A DNA stretch of 64,000 bases from Rhizobiales bacterium Ga0077524 (GTDB taxonomy: Bacteria; Pseudomonadota; Alphaproteobacteria; Rhizobiales; Hyphomicrobiaceae): contig LNDR01000414.1 in the NCBI GenBank assembly GCA_001464755.1, forward strand, positions 1,848 through 65,847, read 5' to 3'. The notes below the pieces were generated by a model. It was not told the DNA's origin and did not search any database. It worked only from the letters and a program-made list of their open reading frames with translations. Shown in pieces: positions 7,067-16,417 of the stretch (its first letter is position 1; each line of letters begins with the position of its first letter). A program made the translations under genes and the position numbers.

Positions 7067-9352
7067 TCAACGCAACCTTACTGTCACCCGGTCGGCGCGG
7101 CCTTCGGCGTCGATGACGGAGATTTTGGCAAAGCCGGCGCCGGCAGGAGTCCACAGCGCTTTGCGACCGTCGTCCGTGGTCTCGATCGGCAGGCCGTCGA
7201 CGACCCAGGTGAGCGGGAGTGCGCCGCCCTCGGCTTTGAGCACGATCTCGGCCTCGTCGGCGTCCGTCTCGAGTTCCGCCTTGTCCGGTGGGAAGGCGAT
7301 AGCAACCGTTGGCGTGCCCGAGGTGCTCGCCCCGGCCTCCATGAAGCGGCGCAAGGTTGGCGGAAGCTCGGCATTGCGGACGCGGCTGGCGCCTCGCGGC
7401 GGGGATGAGGAGAGCGGCGTGGTGCGGTCGGCGATACGGGCGAACGCATCGAACAGGAGTGGTGCCGCAGACCCATGGCCGGTCATGCCGGGCGTCGAGG
7501 TGGCGTCTGGGCGCCCGACCCACACGGCGATGGTGTGACGGCCGTCGAAGCCGACCGCCCAGGCATCGCGGAAGCCGTAGGAGGTCCCCGTTTTGAAGGC
7601 GATCCGCGCACCGCGCGCGTTGGCCGGTGGCGGCGCGCCCTTCAGGATGTCACCGACGTACCAGGCGGCAGCGGGTGAGAGGAGACGCATCGACGGTCGG
7701 CGAACGCCGGCCTGTTTCTGGCGTTGTCTCGCTTCTTCGATCGTGTGGACCAACGGCACCGCATCGCCGCCGCGTGCCATGGCCGCATAGAGCTGTGCCA
7801 GATCCTTCAGCGTCAGCCCGACGCCGCCCAGCGCCACGGCGAGTGACGGCTCGGCGCCGACGGGCAGTTGCGGTTCGATGCCGGTGCGCTTCATACGTCC
7901 GACGAGACGCTTCGGGCCGACCTCGGCGAGCACCTTCACGGCGGGAATGTTGAGAGAATGAGCCAGCGCCTCGCGTATCGAGACGGTGCCCCGGAAATCC
8001 TCGTCGAAATTCGAGGGCGTATAGCGGCCGAACCGGGCCGGGCGGTCCTCGATCAGTGTTTCGGGGTGCGCGATGCCACGCTCGAAGGCGAGGCCGTAGA
8101 CGAGCGGCTTCAAGGTCGAGCCGGGCGAACGGATCGCCGTGGTCATGTCGACGGCGCCTTGCCTATCGGTGTCCAGGTAGCCGGACGAGCCGACTTGCGC
8201 GATCACCTCGCTCGTCTCGTGGTCGACCGCGATCAAAGCTGCGGACAGACGTGGTCCAAGGCGCTGGGCGTGCTCGGTGACAAGCCGTTCGAGGACAGCC
8301 TGCCGATCCCGGTCGATGGTCAGGCGATGGACTGGGAGGCGCGGCGCCCGCACGACTTCGGCATCGGCGAGATGGGGGGCGAGCCTCGCAAAGAGCTGAC
8401 GCCGCGCCGGTACATTCTCGCGTTGCGCCTCGGCGGCGTCGGCTTCCGAAATCAACTTGGCGGCGACGGCACGGGCCAGCACCCGATCACGCGCCCGACG
8501 CGCGGCTTTGGCATCTCGGTCCGGCCGACGTGCCTCCGGCGATTGCGGAATGGCGACGAGCAGCGCCCGCTCGGCGAGCGAGAGGCGTGCCGGCTCCTTG
8601 CCGAAATAGGCGAGGGAGGCCGCACGCACGCCCTCGACGTTGCCGCCAAACGGCGCCAGACGGAGATACAAGTCGAGGATCTCGTGCTTCGAAAGGCGCT
8701 GCTCCAATGCCAACGCTATCGTCATCTGATGCAGCTTGGTGGTGATCCCGCGCGGCTCGGGCCCGTCGAGCAGGCGCGCGACCTGCATGGTCAGCGTCGA
8801 GGCGCCGGAGACGATGCGACCGTTCCGGGCGAGCTGCCATGCCGCCCGGCCCAGCGCCCACGCATCGACACCGATGTGGCTATGGAAGCGACGATCCTCG
8901 TAGGCGAGCAGCATCTCGACGTAGCGAGGATCGACGTCCGAGAGCGTCACAGGCAGTCGCCAGCGGCCATCCGGCGTCGTGTAGGCGCGCAAGAGGCGCC
9001 CGGTCCGATCGAGCACCGTGGCCGAGACCGCATCGGCCCGCTCGAGCGGAGGGCTGGGCAAGCGCGCCGCTATAATCGCAGCGACGGCACCGACGACAAG
9101 CAGCACCACCCCGGCTGCTGCCAGCCGGAAGACGCCGCGGCGTGGGGCTCCCCATCTTCCGCGGCGTCCGTACCCTCCCGTGGAGGGCGCTCCCTCCGAC
9201 GTGGGACCACCGGTTGCGATTGCGCTCGTCCGGTAGCCTTCAGATTGAGTGGACGGCGAGGCCGCACCAGGGCGGGCGAGCGGCCAGTGCCGGCGAAAGA
9301 CCTTCATCGCGAACGACCTCATCCGGGACTTGCTCTCGCCGCTCTCGTTCAC
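7067..9352 (-). CDS. pbpC: penicillin-binding protein 1C (glycosyltransferase + transpeptidase + C-terminal domain)
   Basis: GT51 motifs (EDRRFHSHIGVD, GASTLTMQVAR), transpeptidase motifs (SPGSTLKP, KTGTS) and a C-terminal PBP1C-type extension. The GTG start overlaps the upstream gene's stop (GTGA at 9349-9352). Confidence 0.9.
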   Translation of the reverse strand: MNESGESKSRMRSFAMKVFRRHWPLARPGAASPSTQSEGYRTSAIATGGPTSEGAPSTGGYGRRGRWGAPRRGVFRLAAAGVVLLVVGAVAAIIAARLPSPPLERADAVSATVLDRTGRLLRAYTTPDGRWRLPVTLSDVDPRYVEMLLAYEDRRFHSHIGVDAWALGRAAWQLARNGRIVSGASTLTMQVARLLDGPEPRGITTKLHQMTIALALEQRLSKHEILDLYLRLAPFGGNVEGVRAASLAYFGKEPARLSLAERALLVAIPQSPEARRPDRDAKAARRARDRVLARAVAAKLISEADAAEAQRENVPARRQLFARLAPHLADAEVVRAPRLPVHRLTIDRDRQAVLERLVTEHAQRLGPRLSAALIAVDHETSEVIAQVGSSGYLDTDRQGAVDMTTAIRSPGSTLKPLVYGLAFERGIAHPETLIEDRPARFGRYTPSNFDEDFRGTVSIREALAHSLNIPAVKVLAEVGPKRLVGRMKRTGIEPQLPVGAEPSLAVALGGVGLTLKDLAQLYAAMARGGDAVPLVHTIEEARQRQKQAGVRRPSMRLLSPAAAWYVGDILKGAPPPANARGARIAFKTGTSYGFRDAWAVGFDGRHTIAVWVGRPDATSTPGMTGHGSAAPLLFDAFARIADRTTPLSSSPPRGASRVRNAELPPTLRRFMEAGASTSGTPTVAIAFPPDKAELETDADEAEIVLKAEGGALPLTWVVDGLPIETTDDGRKALWTPAGAGFAKISVIDAEGRADRVTVRLR

Positions 9353-12300
9353 CGTGCGGCTCCGATCTCGAGCGTGCCGGCGGCTGTTCGCGCAAAGCGC
9401 TCGGGCCGGTACATGTCCTCGACCTTCGCCGCAGGGTGGACGAACGTGCCCGGCGTCACGGCCCGCACGATGTAGGCGACGCTCGCCGTGACAGCCTCGG
9501 CTGTCGCGCTGTTGCCGCCCTCACCGTCGCCGAAGAAGTCGAACGCGGCCACCACGCGATCGTCGCGGAACTCGGTGTGCTTCGGCGACTTGCCGCTCTT
9601 CAGCCAGGCGAGCGACTTGACGTCTCCGCTGTCGACGAGGCGCGGGTTCTCGACCTCGAGGCCCGCAGGCAGGCGGTCCACCAGCAGCACGCGGCCGCCG
9701 GCATCCGTGCCCTTGATCGTAACCACCGCGACGAGGCGCTCGTTCTGGCCGATCTGGGAACGACCGCCCGATGCGCTGGCAAGATCGATCTTCTCGCCAT
9801 CGAGCTTGAAGTAGCTGCGCTCGATGGTGAAGCCGCGGGCGATGGCGGGCTCGGTCGTGAGCGAGGAGCCTTCGATCGAGATCACGGCATCAACCGGATT
9901 GGCACCGCGATTGACGATATCGACCGGGCCCCGCTCCAGGTCCGCCGGCTTGAAGGCGCGCGTCAACTCTCCCGTGTGTGCTGACGTGCCGACGGTCAGC
10001 GTCGTCGCCTTTGCCTCTTCGGCGAGGGCCCGTGCCGCCAGCAGCATCCACGCCTGTTCCTGGGTGGACGTGTGCCGGCGCGTGCGGAACGCCGCGGCGA
10101 GGACCTTGGTCAGATCCGCGGTGCGCTCCTTGGCCATGCCGGTTTCGGCAACCAGCGTCAGGATGCCGGCACCGTCGCGAAGCAGCGAGCCGTAGTCGGC
10201 GCGTGCACCATCAAGCAGATCCTTGGCGGGCTCGCCCTCGAGACCAGCGAGCGCCGATGCGAAGGCGCGTCCCGCCCGCTCCTTGTCACCCAGCAACGCG
10301 AGCGCGGCACCGAGTTGAGCTTTCGCGAGTGGTGTCGCGAACCGTTCGAGACGCGTGTCGACGTAGTAGCGTAGGTCGCCGACCGGCGCGCGACCGTTAC
10401 GGGCGAGCACGTAGAGCGCATAGGCGCGCGCCTCGCCACCCTTCTCGAAGTCCTGGGCGTAGGCGAGAACGTTGGCGAGACGATCAAGGGCCTGCGTGAA
10501 CGGCTCCCGGCGCACCTCGTGCCCCCCTTCCTTGGCGCGGGTTAGGAAATCGGTGACGTAGGCGGTCAGCCAGATGTCGCCGTCGGACGGACCCCAGACG
10601 CCGAATGCGCCGGTCGAATCCTGCATCTCGAGCAGGCGATCGATCGCCTTCGCGATGCGCGACCTGATTTCGCCCTCCTGAGCGAGACCGAGCCGCTGGG
10701 CCATCTCGTTGACGTAGAGAAGCGGCAGTGCCCGGCTCGTCGTCTGCTCGGCGCAGCCGTAGGGGTAGCGGTCGAGCTCACCCAGCAGCCCGGCCACGTC
10801 GAAGGCCGCGGTCGGCCCCACCGTCAGCGCCAGCTTGGCCGACGAGGGGATCAGGTCGTGGAAGAGATCCTTCGACAGCCCGAGCTTGCCACCGTTGGCC
10901 GCGAGCGCCGCAACGGTCGTCCGGCGAATGCCCGACGCCGGTGCCTTGACATCAAGGGCGACGCGGCGGCGTACCTCGATGCCGTCCGGACCCGTGACGA
11001 CCACCTCGTAGACGCTGCGGCCAAGAGTCGTCGGCGCCAGCGCGATCGTCTCGCGGCGACGCTCGGTGGGCTTCAGAGGCAGATCGAGACCGGCGAGGCT
11101 CTGGCGCGCCCCGCCGTCCGCCTCGCTCGCCACCGCCACGCGATAGTTGGCGCTCGGGCCGTCGACGTTGTGCACGTCGACTTCGAGGCGCGCCTTGTCG
11201 CCGAGGGTCAGGAAACGGGGACCCGAGGCCATCAGCGCCAGCTTGTGGCGGACGATGACGTCACGGTTTGCCGAACCGACCTTCGACCCACTCCACGCGA
11301 CGGCCATCAAGCGAACGGTGCCATTGAAGTCGGGAAGGTCGAAGCTCACTTGCGCGGTATTGTCGGGTCCCACGCGGACGATGCCCGAGAACAGTGAGAG
11401 TGGAGCCTCGACCGGCGGGCTGCCTTCTGCCGACAAGCCGCCCGAGCCGTCACCACCCGAGCGCAGTCGACCTCGCTCGGCCCGCATGCCGTCGATCAGG
11501 CGGCCGTAGAGATCGCGCACCTCAACGCCGAGCCGGCGCTGGGCGTGGAACCACGTTTCGGGGGCGGGTGACACATACCTGGTGAGATTGAGGATGCCGA
11601 CGTCGACCGCCGCCACCGTGATGCGGGCCTCCTCGCCAGCGGCCAGTCCGGAGAGCTTGATCGGAACCGTCATCGTCCGGCCGGGCAGGACCTTCTCGGG
11701 AGCATCAATGGCGACGTTCAGGGTCCGTGGCGCCGTGTCGAGCCCGAGCCAGGCAATGCCCAGCGCCCGTCCGGGCATGCGCTTCTGGCGCTCATCGAGC
11801 GTGCGGTAGAGCGTGACGCTGACGTAGGCGCCGGGCAGCCATTTGCCGTCGACCGTGAGCGGCACCTCGACGCCTCCCTTCGGGACGTCGACTTCGCGCG
11901 TCGTAAGCAGGCCGTTGGAAAGCACCGCGACGAGTGCGCGTCCGGCCTCCCGGCTGTTGATCTTGAGGCGGGCGGTCTCGCCAGCGGCGTAGCTCTTCTT
12001 GTCGAGAGCGACGTCGAGCACCTCGGGGCTGTCTGCGTTATCGGCAGACTGCCAGCCGCTCGTGAAATACACGCTTGTGCGTGCGATATCGCCGTTGGTG
12101 CCCGTCACGTCGAGGCGGTAGCGCCCCCACTCAGGCTTGAACGCGATGCGCGCGGGCGCCTCGACCGATGCGCCGGCTGTGCCGTTGGCGACGCGGCGCG
12201 TGGTGGTGACGGCTTCGTGGCGCCATTCGCCCTCATGCGCGTACCATTGCCAGCGCCGATCGAGCCGCACGATCTCCCACTTGAGGGCAGGCGCTGCGGC

Positions 12301-14673
12301 GCGCTTGCCATCGGCGTCGAGCGCGATCACCTCGAAGCGTGCCTCGTCGCCCTCGCCAACCTGATCGTTGGCGAAAAGGGGCTTCACGCCGATCCTCGCC
12401 TCGGCCGGATCAATCGGCAGCGTAACCCGGCGCTCGATGGTGCGGCCGGCGGCTTCCCTGAGGCGAACGATCACGTCGGCCTCGAGTGGGCGGGCGGTTC
12501 TCGGCAAGCGAGGCAACGCCGCACGGATCGAGGCTTCGCCGTCAGCGCCGGTAAGTCCGAGGGCATCGAGTGTTTCGCGAACCGCGAGGACAGTCTCGGC
12601 TGCGTTGCCGAACTTGTAGCCAGGATGGCCAGCAACATCGCCCTTGGCCGCCCTGACAACGACTTCGCCTTCGAGCGCCAGACCGGCGGCGGGTGGGCCA
12701 TAGAGATAGCGGCCGGAAACCGCGATCGTGGCAGGGTCACCGGCACGCACACTGGTGGCGGCGGGCTTCAGCTCGAGAGCCAGGCGCTCCGGGACGAAGT
12801 CCTCGACGAGGAACGCGACTTCGGCAAGTGGTGCCGCCTTCGGGTCGGCATGAAGCTTGGCCCGCCACGTCCCTGTCATCGACTGACGGCCCAGCTGCAG
12901 CTCGGTCGTCCGCCCGCCGACGCCCTGGTCGGACAGCACACTGCGGCGATGCTCGACGCCATCCGGCCTCGTGACGATGAGCGTCGCGGGCGCGGTGGCG
13001 GCATCGCCGATCGCCGTGCGCATCAGCCCGGTCAGATGCACGGTCTCGCCGGGGCGATACACCCCGCGCTCGGCATAGAGGTAGGCATCGAGCGGGCCGG
13101 GAGCAGCGCGGCCCTTGACGCCGCGGTCGGAGAGATCGAACGCGGCCGTGGCCAGATCCAGGAGCGCATAGTCGTCACGCCCCTCGGCCACCAGCAGGCG
13201 TGGCGCTTGCCCGCCCTCGCCGCGCAGCAGACCCGGCTCGAAACGCGCGTAGCCCTTGGTATCCGTCGTCGCGGTGCCGAGAACCTCGTTGTTGCGCGCA
13301 AGCAGCCTGACGGTCACGCCGCTTGCGGCATCGGTGGAGGCGAGCGAGCGCACGAAGGCATGCAAGCCGTCATCACCGGACAGCGCAGTGAGCCCCAGAT
13401 CGGAGACGACGAACCACTGGGCGGCGCGCTTCGACTGCGCACCTTCGCCCTCACTCGGGCCTGCGATCGCGGCCGCGACCACGTAGACGCCCGGCTCGAG
13501 CTTGCCCAGTGCCTCCGTCACGGGAATGGCCGTGGTGACGTCCTCGTTGAGCCGCGACGCGACCTCCAATGCGCCGGACCACACCTTGCGGCCGCTCTTC
13601 TCGCGGACCTGCTCGATGTCCCAGCTCTCGATGGTCTTGAGGAAGTTGTCGCTGCCGGCCGCCAGCCCGAGACCACGGTCGCCGATGCGGAAGATCTCGA
13701 CGGCGAGGCTCTTGGCGTTGACGCTGGTGACGGGGATGCCTTGCTGGCCGCGGCTCGGCAGCACGTAGGCGCGGCCCGTCAACCGAACAGATGGCTTGCG
13801 GTCACGCACGTAGATTGCGATTTCCGAAGCCTTGGCCAGCATCTCCGCCGTCGTCGCCGGGATGCCCGAGCGTACCTGGATCTGGTAGCGCGCACCGTGC
13901 TTCAGGCCATCGACACAAAGCTGGTTGCCCTCTGCCGTGAGGCTTTCGGGCTCGCGACCGTCGACGGTGACGAACTTGGCGGCATCCGGCGCCCCGACGG
14001 CCAGCGGCTCGGAGAAGTTGACGCAAAGACGCGGCGCCTCGGCATCGGAGTCGACCTTGTAGTCCACGACCCGGAAGCCGTGCTCCGCCCGCAGCGCCTC
14101 GAGCGTCTCCCGGACCTCGTCACTCGGCGCCAGCGCCAGGCTGGCCACAAGTGCATCTATCGCCGGCCGCCACATCGAGCGGCGCTTCATGGCATCGGCC
14201 AGCACGGCAAGGCTCTCGGCCTTGCTCTCGACGCTGGGCGCCAGACGATAGGCCAGCCACGCGGCACCCGATGCCGTCGCGGGGATCTCGTAGCGCTCCG
14301 CTCCGCGCAAGGCATCGACAGGAAGTGCCAGGGCGGCACGCGACAGCCCGAGCCAGGCGGCCTGGTCCTTGGGATCGACGGCCGCCGCGAGAGTGAGCAG
14401 CCGGACGGCACCCCGGAGATCCTTGCCGTCCGCGAGGGCTGCAAGCCCAGCCGACCGCAACGCTCCAGCGGGTTGCAGTGCGGCTGTCTTGCCCGCCTCG
14501 CTCTCACGAATGGCCTTCAGGCTTGCGCCGACCCGGTCGCCATCGCGGGTGATGATCTGATGCGAGAACCCCGGCACGGCGGCGCGCTGGGCCAGCACAG
14601 GCGGCGAGACCGCAGCCGTACCGAGCAAGGCGGCGAGGGGAAGGGCGTAGGCGGCGCGGGGCATCCGGCTCAT
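9349..14673 (-). CDS. bacterial alpha-2-macroglobulin family protein (YfhM/ECAM-like), thioester-containing
   Basis: 1774 aa from the ATG at 14673. Signal-like N terminus MSRMPRAAYALPLAALLGTAAVSPPVLAQ. Thioester motif YPYGCAEQTTS, with CAEQ encoded at 10744-10755. It sits directly upstream of pbpC, the known conserved pairing. Confidence 0.9.
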   Translation of the reverse strand: MSRMPRAAYALPLAALLGTAAVSPPVLAQRAAVPGFSHQIITRDGDRVGASLKAIRESEAGKTAALQPAGALRSAGLAALADGKDLRGAVRLLTLAAAVDPKDQAAWLGLSRAALALPVDALRGAERYEIPATASGAAWLAYRLAPSVESKAESLAVLADAMKRRSMWRPAIDALVASLALAPSDEVRETLEALRAEHGFRVVDYKVDSDAEAPRLCVNFSEPLAVGAPDAAKFVTVDGREPESLTAEGNQLCVDGLKHGARYQIQVRSGIPATTAEMLAKASEIAIYVRDRKPSVRLTGRAYVLPSRGQQGIPVTSVNAKSLAVEIFRIGDRGLGLAAGSDNFLKTIESWDIEQVREKSGRKVWSGALEVASRLNEDVTTAIPVTEALGKLEPGVYVVAAAIAGPSEGEGAQSKRAAQWFVVSDLGLTALSGDDGLHAFVRSLASTDAASGVTVRLLARNNEVLGTATTDTKGYARFEPGLLRGEGGQAPRLLVAEGRDDYALLDLATAAFDLSDRGVKGRAAPGPLDAYLYAERGVYRPGETVHLTGLMRTAIGDAATAPATLIVTRPDGVEHRRSVLSDQGVGGRTTELQLGRQSMTGTWRAKLHADPKAAPLAEVAFLVEDFVPERLALELKPAATSVRAGDPATIAVSGRYLYGPPAAGLALEGEVVVRAAKGDVAGHPGYKFGNAAETVLAVRETLDALGLTGADGEASIRAALPRLPRTARPLEADVIVRLREAAGRTIERRVTLPIDPAEARIGVKPLFANDQVGEGDEARFEVIALDADGKRAAAPALKWEIVRLDRRWQWYAHEGEWRHEAVTTTRRVANGTAGASVEAPARIAFKPEWGRYRLDVTGTNGDIARTSVYFTSGWQSADNADSPEVLDVALDKKSYAAGETARLKINSREAGRALVAVLSNGLLTTREVDVPKGGVEVPLTVDGKWLPGAYVSVTLYRTLDERQKRMPGRALGIAWLGLDTAPRTLNVAIDAPEKVLPGRTMTVPIKLSGLAAGEEARITVAAVDVGILNLTRYVSPAPETWFHAQRRLGVEVRDLYGRLIDGMRAERGRLRSGGDGSGGLSAEGSPPVEAPLSLFSGIVRVGPDNTAQVSFDLPDFNGTVRLMAVAWSGSKVGSANRDVIVRHKLALMASGPRFLTLGDKARLEVDVHNVDGPSANYRVAVASEADGGARQSLAGLDLPLKPTERRRETIALAPTTLGRSVYEVVVTGPDGIEVRRRVALDVKAPASGIRRTTVAALAANGGKLGLSKDLFHDLIPSSAKLALTVGPTAAFDVAGLLGELDRYPYGCAEQTTSRALPLLYVNEMAQRLGLAQEGEIRSRIAKAIDRLLEMQDSTGAFGVWGPSDGDIWLTAYVTDFLTRAKEGGHEVRREPFTQALDRLANVLAYAQDFEKGGEARAYALYVLARNGRAPVGDLRYYVDTRLERFATPLAKAQLGAALALLGDKERAGRAFASALAGLEGEPAKDLLDGARADYGSLLRDGAGILTLVAETGMAKERTADLTKVLAAAFRTRRHTSTQEQAWMLLAARALAEEAKATTLTVGTSAHTGELTRAFKPADLERGPVDIVNRGANPVDAVISIEGSSLTTEPAIARGFTIERSYFKLDGEKIDLASASGGRSQIGQNERLVAVVTIKGTDAGGRVLLVDRLPAGLEVENPRLVDSGDVKSLAWLKSGKSPKHTEFRDDRVVAAFDFFGDGEGGNSATAEAVTASVAYIVRAVTPGTFVHPAAKVEDMYRPERFARTAAGTLEIGAAR

Positions 14674-14828
14674 GGCGAAAGTCCTGTTCTCGGGCGCAGG
14701 CGAGGTATCGTGCGATGGCCCCACAGAGGCCATTATCGATGACGGATTGAAGGCGGGGATTACTTTCGTCTCGATCGGAGCCCTCTTTAAGGCCCGCGTC
14801 GTGCGCAACGCGGCAACGGCGCTGCCAT

Positions 14829-14846
14829 CCGGCAAATTCCGGCAAA
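14829..14846. repeat. tandem direct repeat CCGGCAAA-tt-CCGGCAAA (10-bp period) upstream of the A2M gene
   Basis: Two exact 8-mers at 14829-14836 and 14839-14846, about 156-173 nt upstream of the A2M ATG. On the minus strand they read TTTGCCGGaaTTTGCCGG. Confidence 0.3.
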
Positions 14847-14857
14847 ACGCGACGAGG

Positions 14858-14883
14858 CTTGCGGAGCAGCGAGCAGCCGCAAG
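14858..14883 (-). terminator. candidate intrinsic terminator after the Hsp70-like gene
   Basis: Minus strand reads CUUGCGG, 12-nt loop, CCGCAAG, starting 7 nt after the TAA stop (14891-14893). GUUUUG follows about 10 nt downstream. Confidence 0.4.
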
Positions 14884-14890
14884 AGGCCCC

Positions 14891-16183
14891 TTATGTGCCG
14901 CCGTAGCGCCGTGCTGCATCGAGCGCGAGGCCGGTCGCCACGCTGCCGAAGGCATCGCCCGCGATTACGCGCGCCTCGGGCACGCCGCGCGTAATCGCGG
15001 TCCTGACAGCAGGGATGCCGCTCGATCCACCCGTGATGAACACGGTACCGACGTCGCTCGCCGCCAATCCGGCGTCGACGAGCAGGGCCGCCACCCGGGC
15101 CTCGATGCGCTGGAGCCCAGCCGAGATCGCAGTCTCGAGTTCAGTTCGGGCGACTGGGAGCTGCAACCCAGCAACCACGTCGGCCAGATCGATCCGGGTT
15201 TCGGTCTCGCCCGAGAGGGCGATCTTCGCCTGCTCGACGCGCCCCAATAGCTCGTGGCCCTTGCGCAGATCGAGCACGCTGAGCAACCGCTCGATCTTTT
15301 CGGGCTCGGCCGAATCGCGCAGCAGGCCTCGGATCTCGGTCACGACCTTGCGCTCGTAGAGCGAGTTGATGCGATGCCAGGTGCCGAGGTCCGAATAGTA
15401 CCAGGCGGGCGTCTCGAGTCCTTTTGTCTTGAGACGGCTGTTACGGCCAAGAAATGGCATCAGCGTCGCGGTGCTGAGCTGGCGGTCGAAATCGGTGCCA
15501 CCGACGCGCACGCCGTTGGCGCCGAGGATGTCGCCGCGCCGATCCGCTTTGCCTTTGAGAAGCGGGCCCACGCGGACGAGGGAGAAATCTGAGGTGCCGC
15601 CGCCGATGTCGGCAACGAGCGCGATCTCCTCCTTGGCGACTGTCTGCTCGTAGTCCAAAGCCGCAGCGATCGGCTCGAGCTGGAACGAGATCGAGCGAAA
15701 GCCTGCCGCGTGTGCCGCTGCTTCGAGCTGCTGCTGCGCCGTGCGATCTGCGGTCTCGTCATCGTCGACGAAGAACACCGGGCGTCCGAGCACCACGTCC
15801 TCGAGCGGCGCGCTCTCGCAGGCTTCACCGGTCGTTCGCAGGAACGCAAGAAAGCTCGAGACGATCTCGGAGAAATGATAGCGGCGCGAGCGCACCTGCG
15901 TCATTTCCTCGAAGAGCGAAGTGCCGAGCAGGGTCTTGATCGAGCGCAGCAGGCGGCCCCCCTCACCCATTCGATAGCGGTCCATCGCTTCGCGACCGAA
16001 CGTCGTCGTATCGTCCTCGAAGCTGAAGAAGAGCGCGGTCGGCACAGAGGAGGCGCCGTCCTGCAAGGGGAGCAGTGTGGCCCTGCCGCCTCGGGCCACG
16101 CCGACCGACGAATTTGACGTGCCGAAGTCGATCCCGCAGGGACGTGGCATGGGCTGAGGCTCCGGTGTGGCGTGAGGCTTCAC
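14891..16183 (-). CDS. Hsp70-family ATPase, YegD-like
   Basis: Actin-fold phosphate-1 motif GIDFGTSNSSVGV, plus DIGGGTSDFS and ITGGSSGIP. About 420-430 aa with no substrate-binding lid, as in YegD-type proteins. An alternative start at 16150 (MPRPCGIDFG) is possible. Confidence 0.85.
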   Translation of the reverse strand: MKPHATPEPQPMPRPCGIDFGTSNSSVGVARGGRATLLPLQDGASSVPTALFFSFEDDTTTFGREAMDRYRMGEGGRLLRSIKTLLGTSLFEEMTQVRSRRYHFSEIVSSFLAFLRTTGEACESAPLEDVVLGRPVFFVDDDETADRTAQQQLEAAAHAAGFRSISFQLEPIAAALDYEQTVAKEEIALVADIGGGTSDFSLVRVGPLLKGKADRRGDILGANGVRVGGTDFDRQLSTATLMPFLGRNSRLKTKGLETPAWYYSDLGTWHRINSLYERKVVTEIRGLLRDSAEPEKIERLLSVLDLRKGHELLGRVEQAKIALSGETETRIDLADVVAGLQLPVARTELETAISAGLQRIEARVAALLVDAGLAASDVGTVFITGGSSGIPAVRTAITRGVPEARVIAGDAFGSVATGLALDAARRYGGT

Positions 16184-16330
16184 GAAAGGCGCCTCGACGG
16201 GACCGCCTCCGGTCGCGCCCGGGACGCAGACCGGCGCGCGAAGGCGCCACTAGCCGCGTCAAACGCCGGCCGTCAACCGTCACATGGCCGAAGCATCAGA
16301 TCGAAGATCCGACTGGTCAGCGCATCCGCT

Positions 16331-16386
16331 GGGAACAGAAAGGAATGAGGCCCCGCACACCCCTATCGGAATGCCGGACCTCATGT
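16331..16386 (-). terminator. candidate terminator after the SDR gene
   Basis: Minus strand reads AUGAGG(u)CC, ~22-nt structured loop, GG(g)CCUCAU, then UCCUUUCUGUUCCC. It begins about 30 nt after the TAG stop at 16418. Confidence 0.3.
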
Positions 16387-16417
16387 CGCATCCAGAGTCT
16401 GGAACGGGTGGGCTTCC

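Noticed and set aside
12217-14742. Very long ORFs antisense to, or out of frame with, recognised genes. Examples: 12217-14742 (+, 841 aa), 7868-9475 (+), 4792-6414 (+), 2705-4258 (+), 26236-27987 (-), 22271-24493 (-), 19451-20782 (+), 20477-21841 (-), 16317-17363 (-).
   Set aside because: Each one fully overlaps a gene with clear family motifs. Their translations are Arg/Ala/Gly/Pro-rich low-complexity strings with no motifs. Stop codons are rare in off-frames of high-GC DNA, so ORFs of this kind are expected by chance.
14891-16183. The YegD-like Hsp70 as a third component of the A2M-PBP1C module.
   Set aside because: A terminator-like hairpin (14858-14883) and a 217-bp gap separate it from the A2M gene. 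YegD-type proteins are cytoplasmic. The adjacency is most simply coincidental unless comparative genomics shows conservation.
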